Positions 63,125 through 64,000 of a DNA stretch of 64,000 nucleotides are shown in pieces. The notes beneath the pieces were generated by a model that saw only the letters and a list, made by a program, of their open reading frames with translations, did not search any database and was not told the origin of the DNA. The stretch covers positions 62,001 to 126,000 of the forward strand of contig NC_090603.1 in assembly GCF_000497125.1 (NCBI RefSeq). The letters run 5' to 3'. This DNA comes from Spironucleus salmonicida. Its lineage: Eukaryota. A program made the position numbers and the translations under genes. The stretch's first letter is position 1; each line of letters starts with the position of its first letter.

Positions 63125-64000
63125 ATGTCATCCTACATATGCAATGACAACAGATGCCCCAGCGGTACTGTATGCCCATTTTACGCATCAACTGGTCAAG
63201 ATAAAATGTGTCGTCGTTGCAAGAATTATAATTGTGCCAGTTGCCTATCAAATGTGCTATCGCAATGCATTACCTGCAATTAGGGCTATTTCCTTTAAGA
63301 TTGGACATGCAAGCTTTGCCAAGCCGGTTGCAGAACATGTGAGAACGATTATGAATGCACTAGTTGCCTTTCAGGATATAAGTTGGATCAACGTTACTGT
63401 TATAAGTGCTCAGATAACTGTATTGACTGCAACACGTATGGTGATTGCAATATTTGCGGCCCAGGATTTTTTACTGAAGGTGGCCCTAACTGCCATAAAT
63501 GCAGCACCGGCTGCGTTAAATGTACTAACTCAAATAATTGTTCTGCTTGCTTCGATGGCTTCGAACTGGGCGGAATGGTCTGTAAAACATGCTCCATCGG
63601 TTGTAAGACCTGCAATAAGGGAGTTTGTACGTCATGCAGATATTCATTTGCGTTAAAGGACGGCAATTGCACGTCGTGCCCTGAAAACTGCGGCAAATGC
63701 ACAGCCGAAGGCTCCTGTATCACTTGTCAAGACGGAAGTTTCTTGAAGAACGGCATGTGCGTTTCGTGCGGTGATAACTGCATGGACTGCAAATCCGACA
63801 GTATGTGCCGCCTCTGCAAGGAGCGGTACGACATTCAGAGCGGGAAATGCATATTAAACGAATGTAACGATGTTAACAAATGCACTGACAATAAATTCTG
63901 CGCCAGGGATCCCGCGGGCAACAAGTGCGTCACCTTGCCCAAAAACTGCGTTGACGCTGACATTTCCGGAAACTGCATAAGATGTGAAAATATCTATGGG
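63125..64000 (+). CDS. Cysteine-rich membrane protein, paralog 3 (runs off window)
   Basis: Inverted copy of paralog 2 with substitutions; MSSYICNDNRCP..., CXXC repeats. Confidence 0.9.

Noticed and set aside
1-64000. Supplied ORF track taken as gene set; bacterial genome
   Set aside because: ORFs break at TAA/TAG that are Gln codons, and the genes (CFAP20, CEP104, RPL9) are eukaryotic.

Overview
Eukaryotic, intron-free DNA from a hexamitid diplomonad, most consistent with Spironucleus. TAA/TAG encode Gln and TGA is the only stop, so the standard-code ORF track is fragmented. Re-read with that code, the window holds: a copine-like protein, CFAP20, a tyrosine phosphatase, 60S RPL9, CEP104, a START-domain protein, an SLC35F6-like transporter, a Myb-like protein, an LRR protein with 282-bp repeats, several CXXC cysteine-rich membrane proteins, and six tRNA genes. 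It also carries bacterial-type genes: an F420-0:glutamyl ligase family gene and three nagB copies. Most striking: (1) a ~2085-aa protein fusing a giant EGF/Cys-rich ectodomain to an SLC35F-like multi-TM transporter; (2) two sibling tRNA-Ala-containing palindromes with an identical 702-bp loop, arm-to-arm homogenisation and a loop flipped relative to the CRMP-nagB cassette; (3) CRMP paralogs whose coding sequence diverges more than their flanks; (4) a decayed actin-family pseudogene. All homology calls are by eye; no searches were run.
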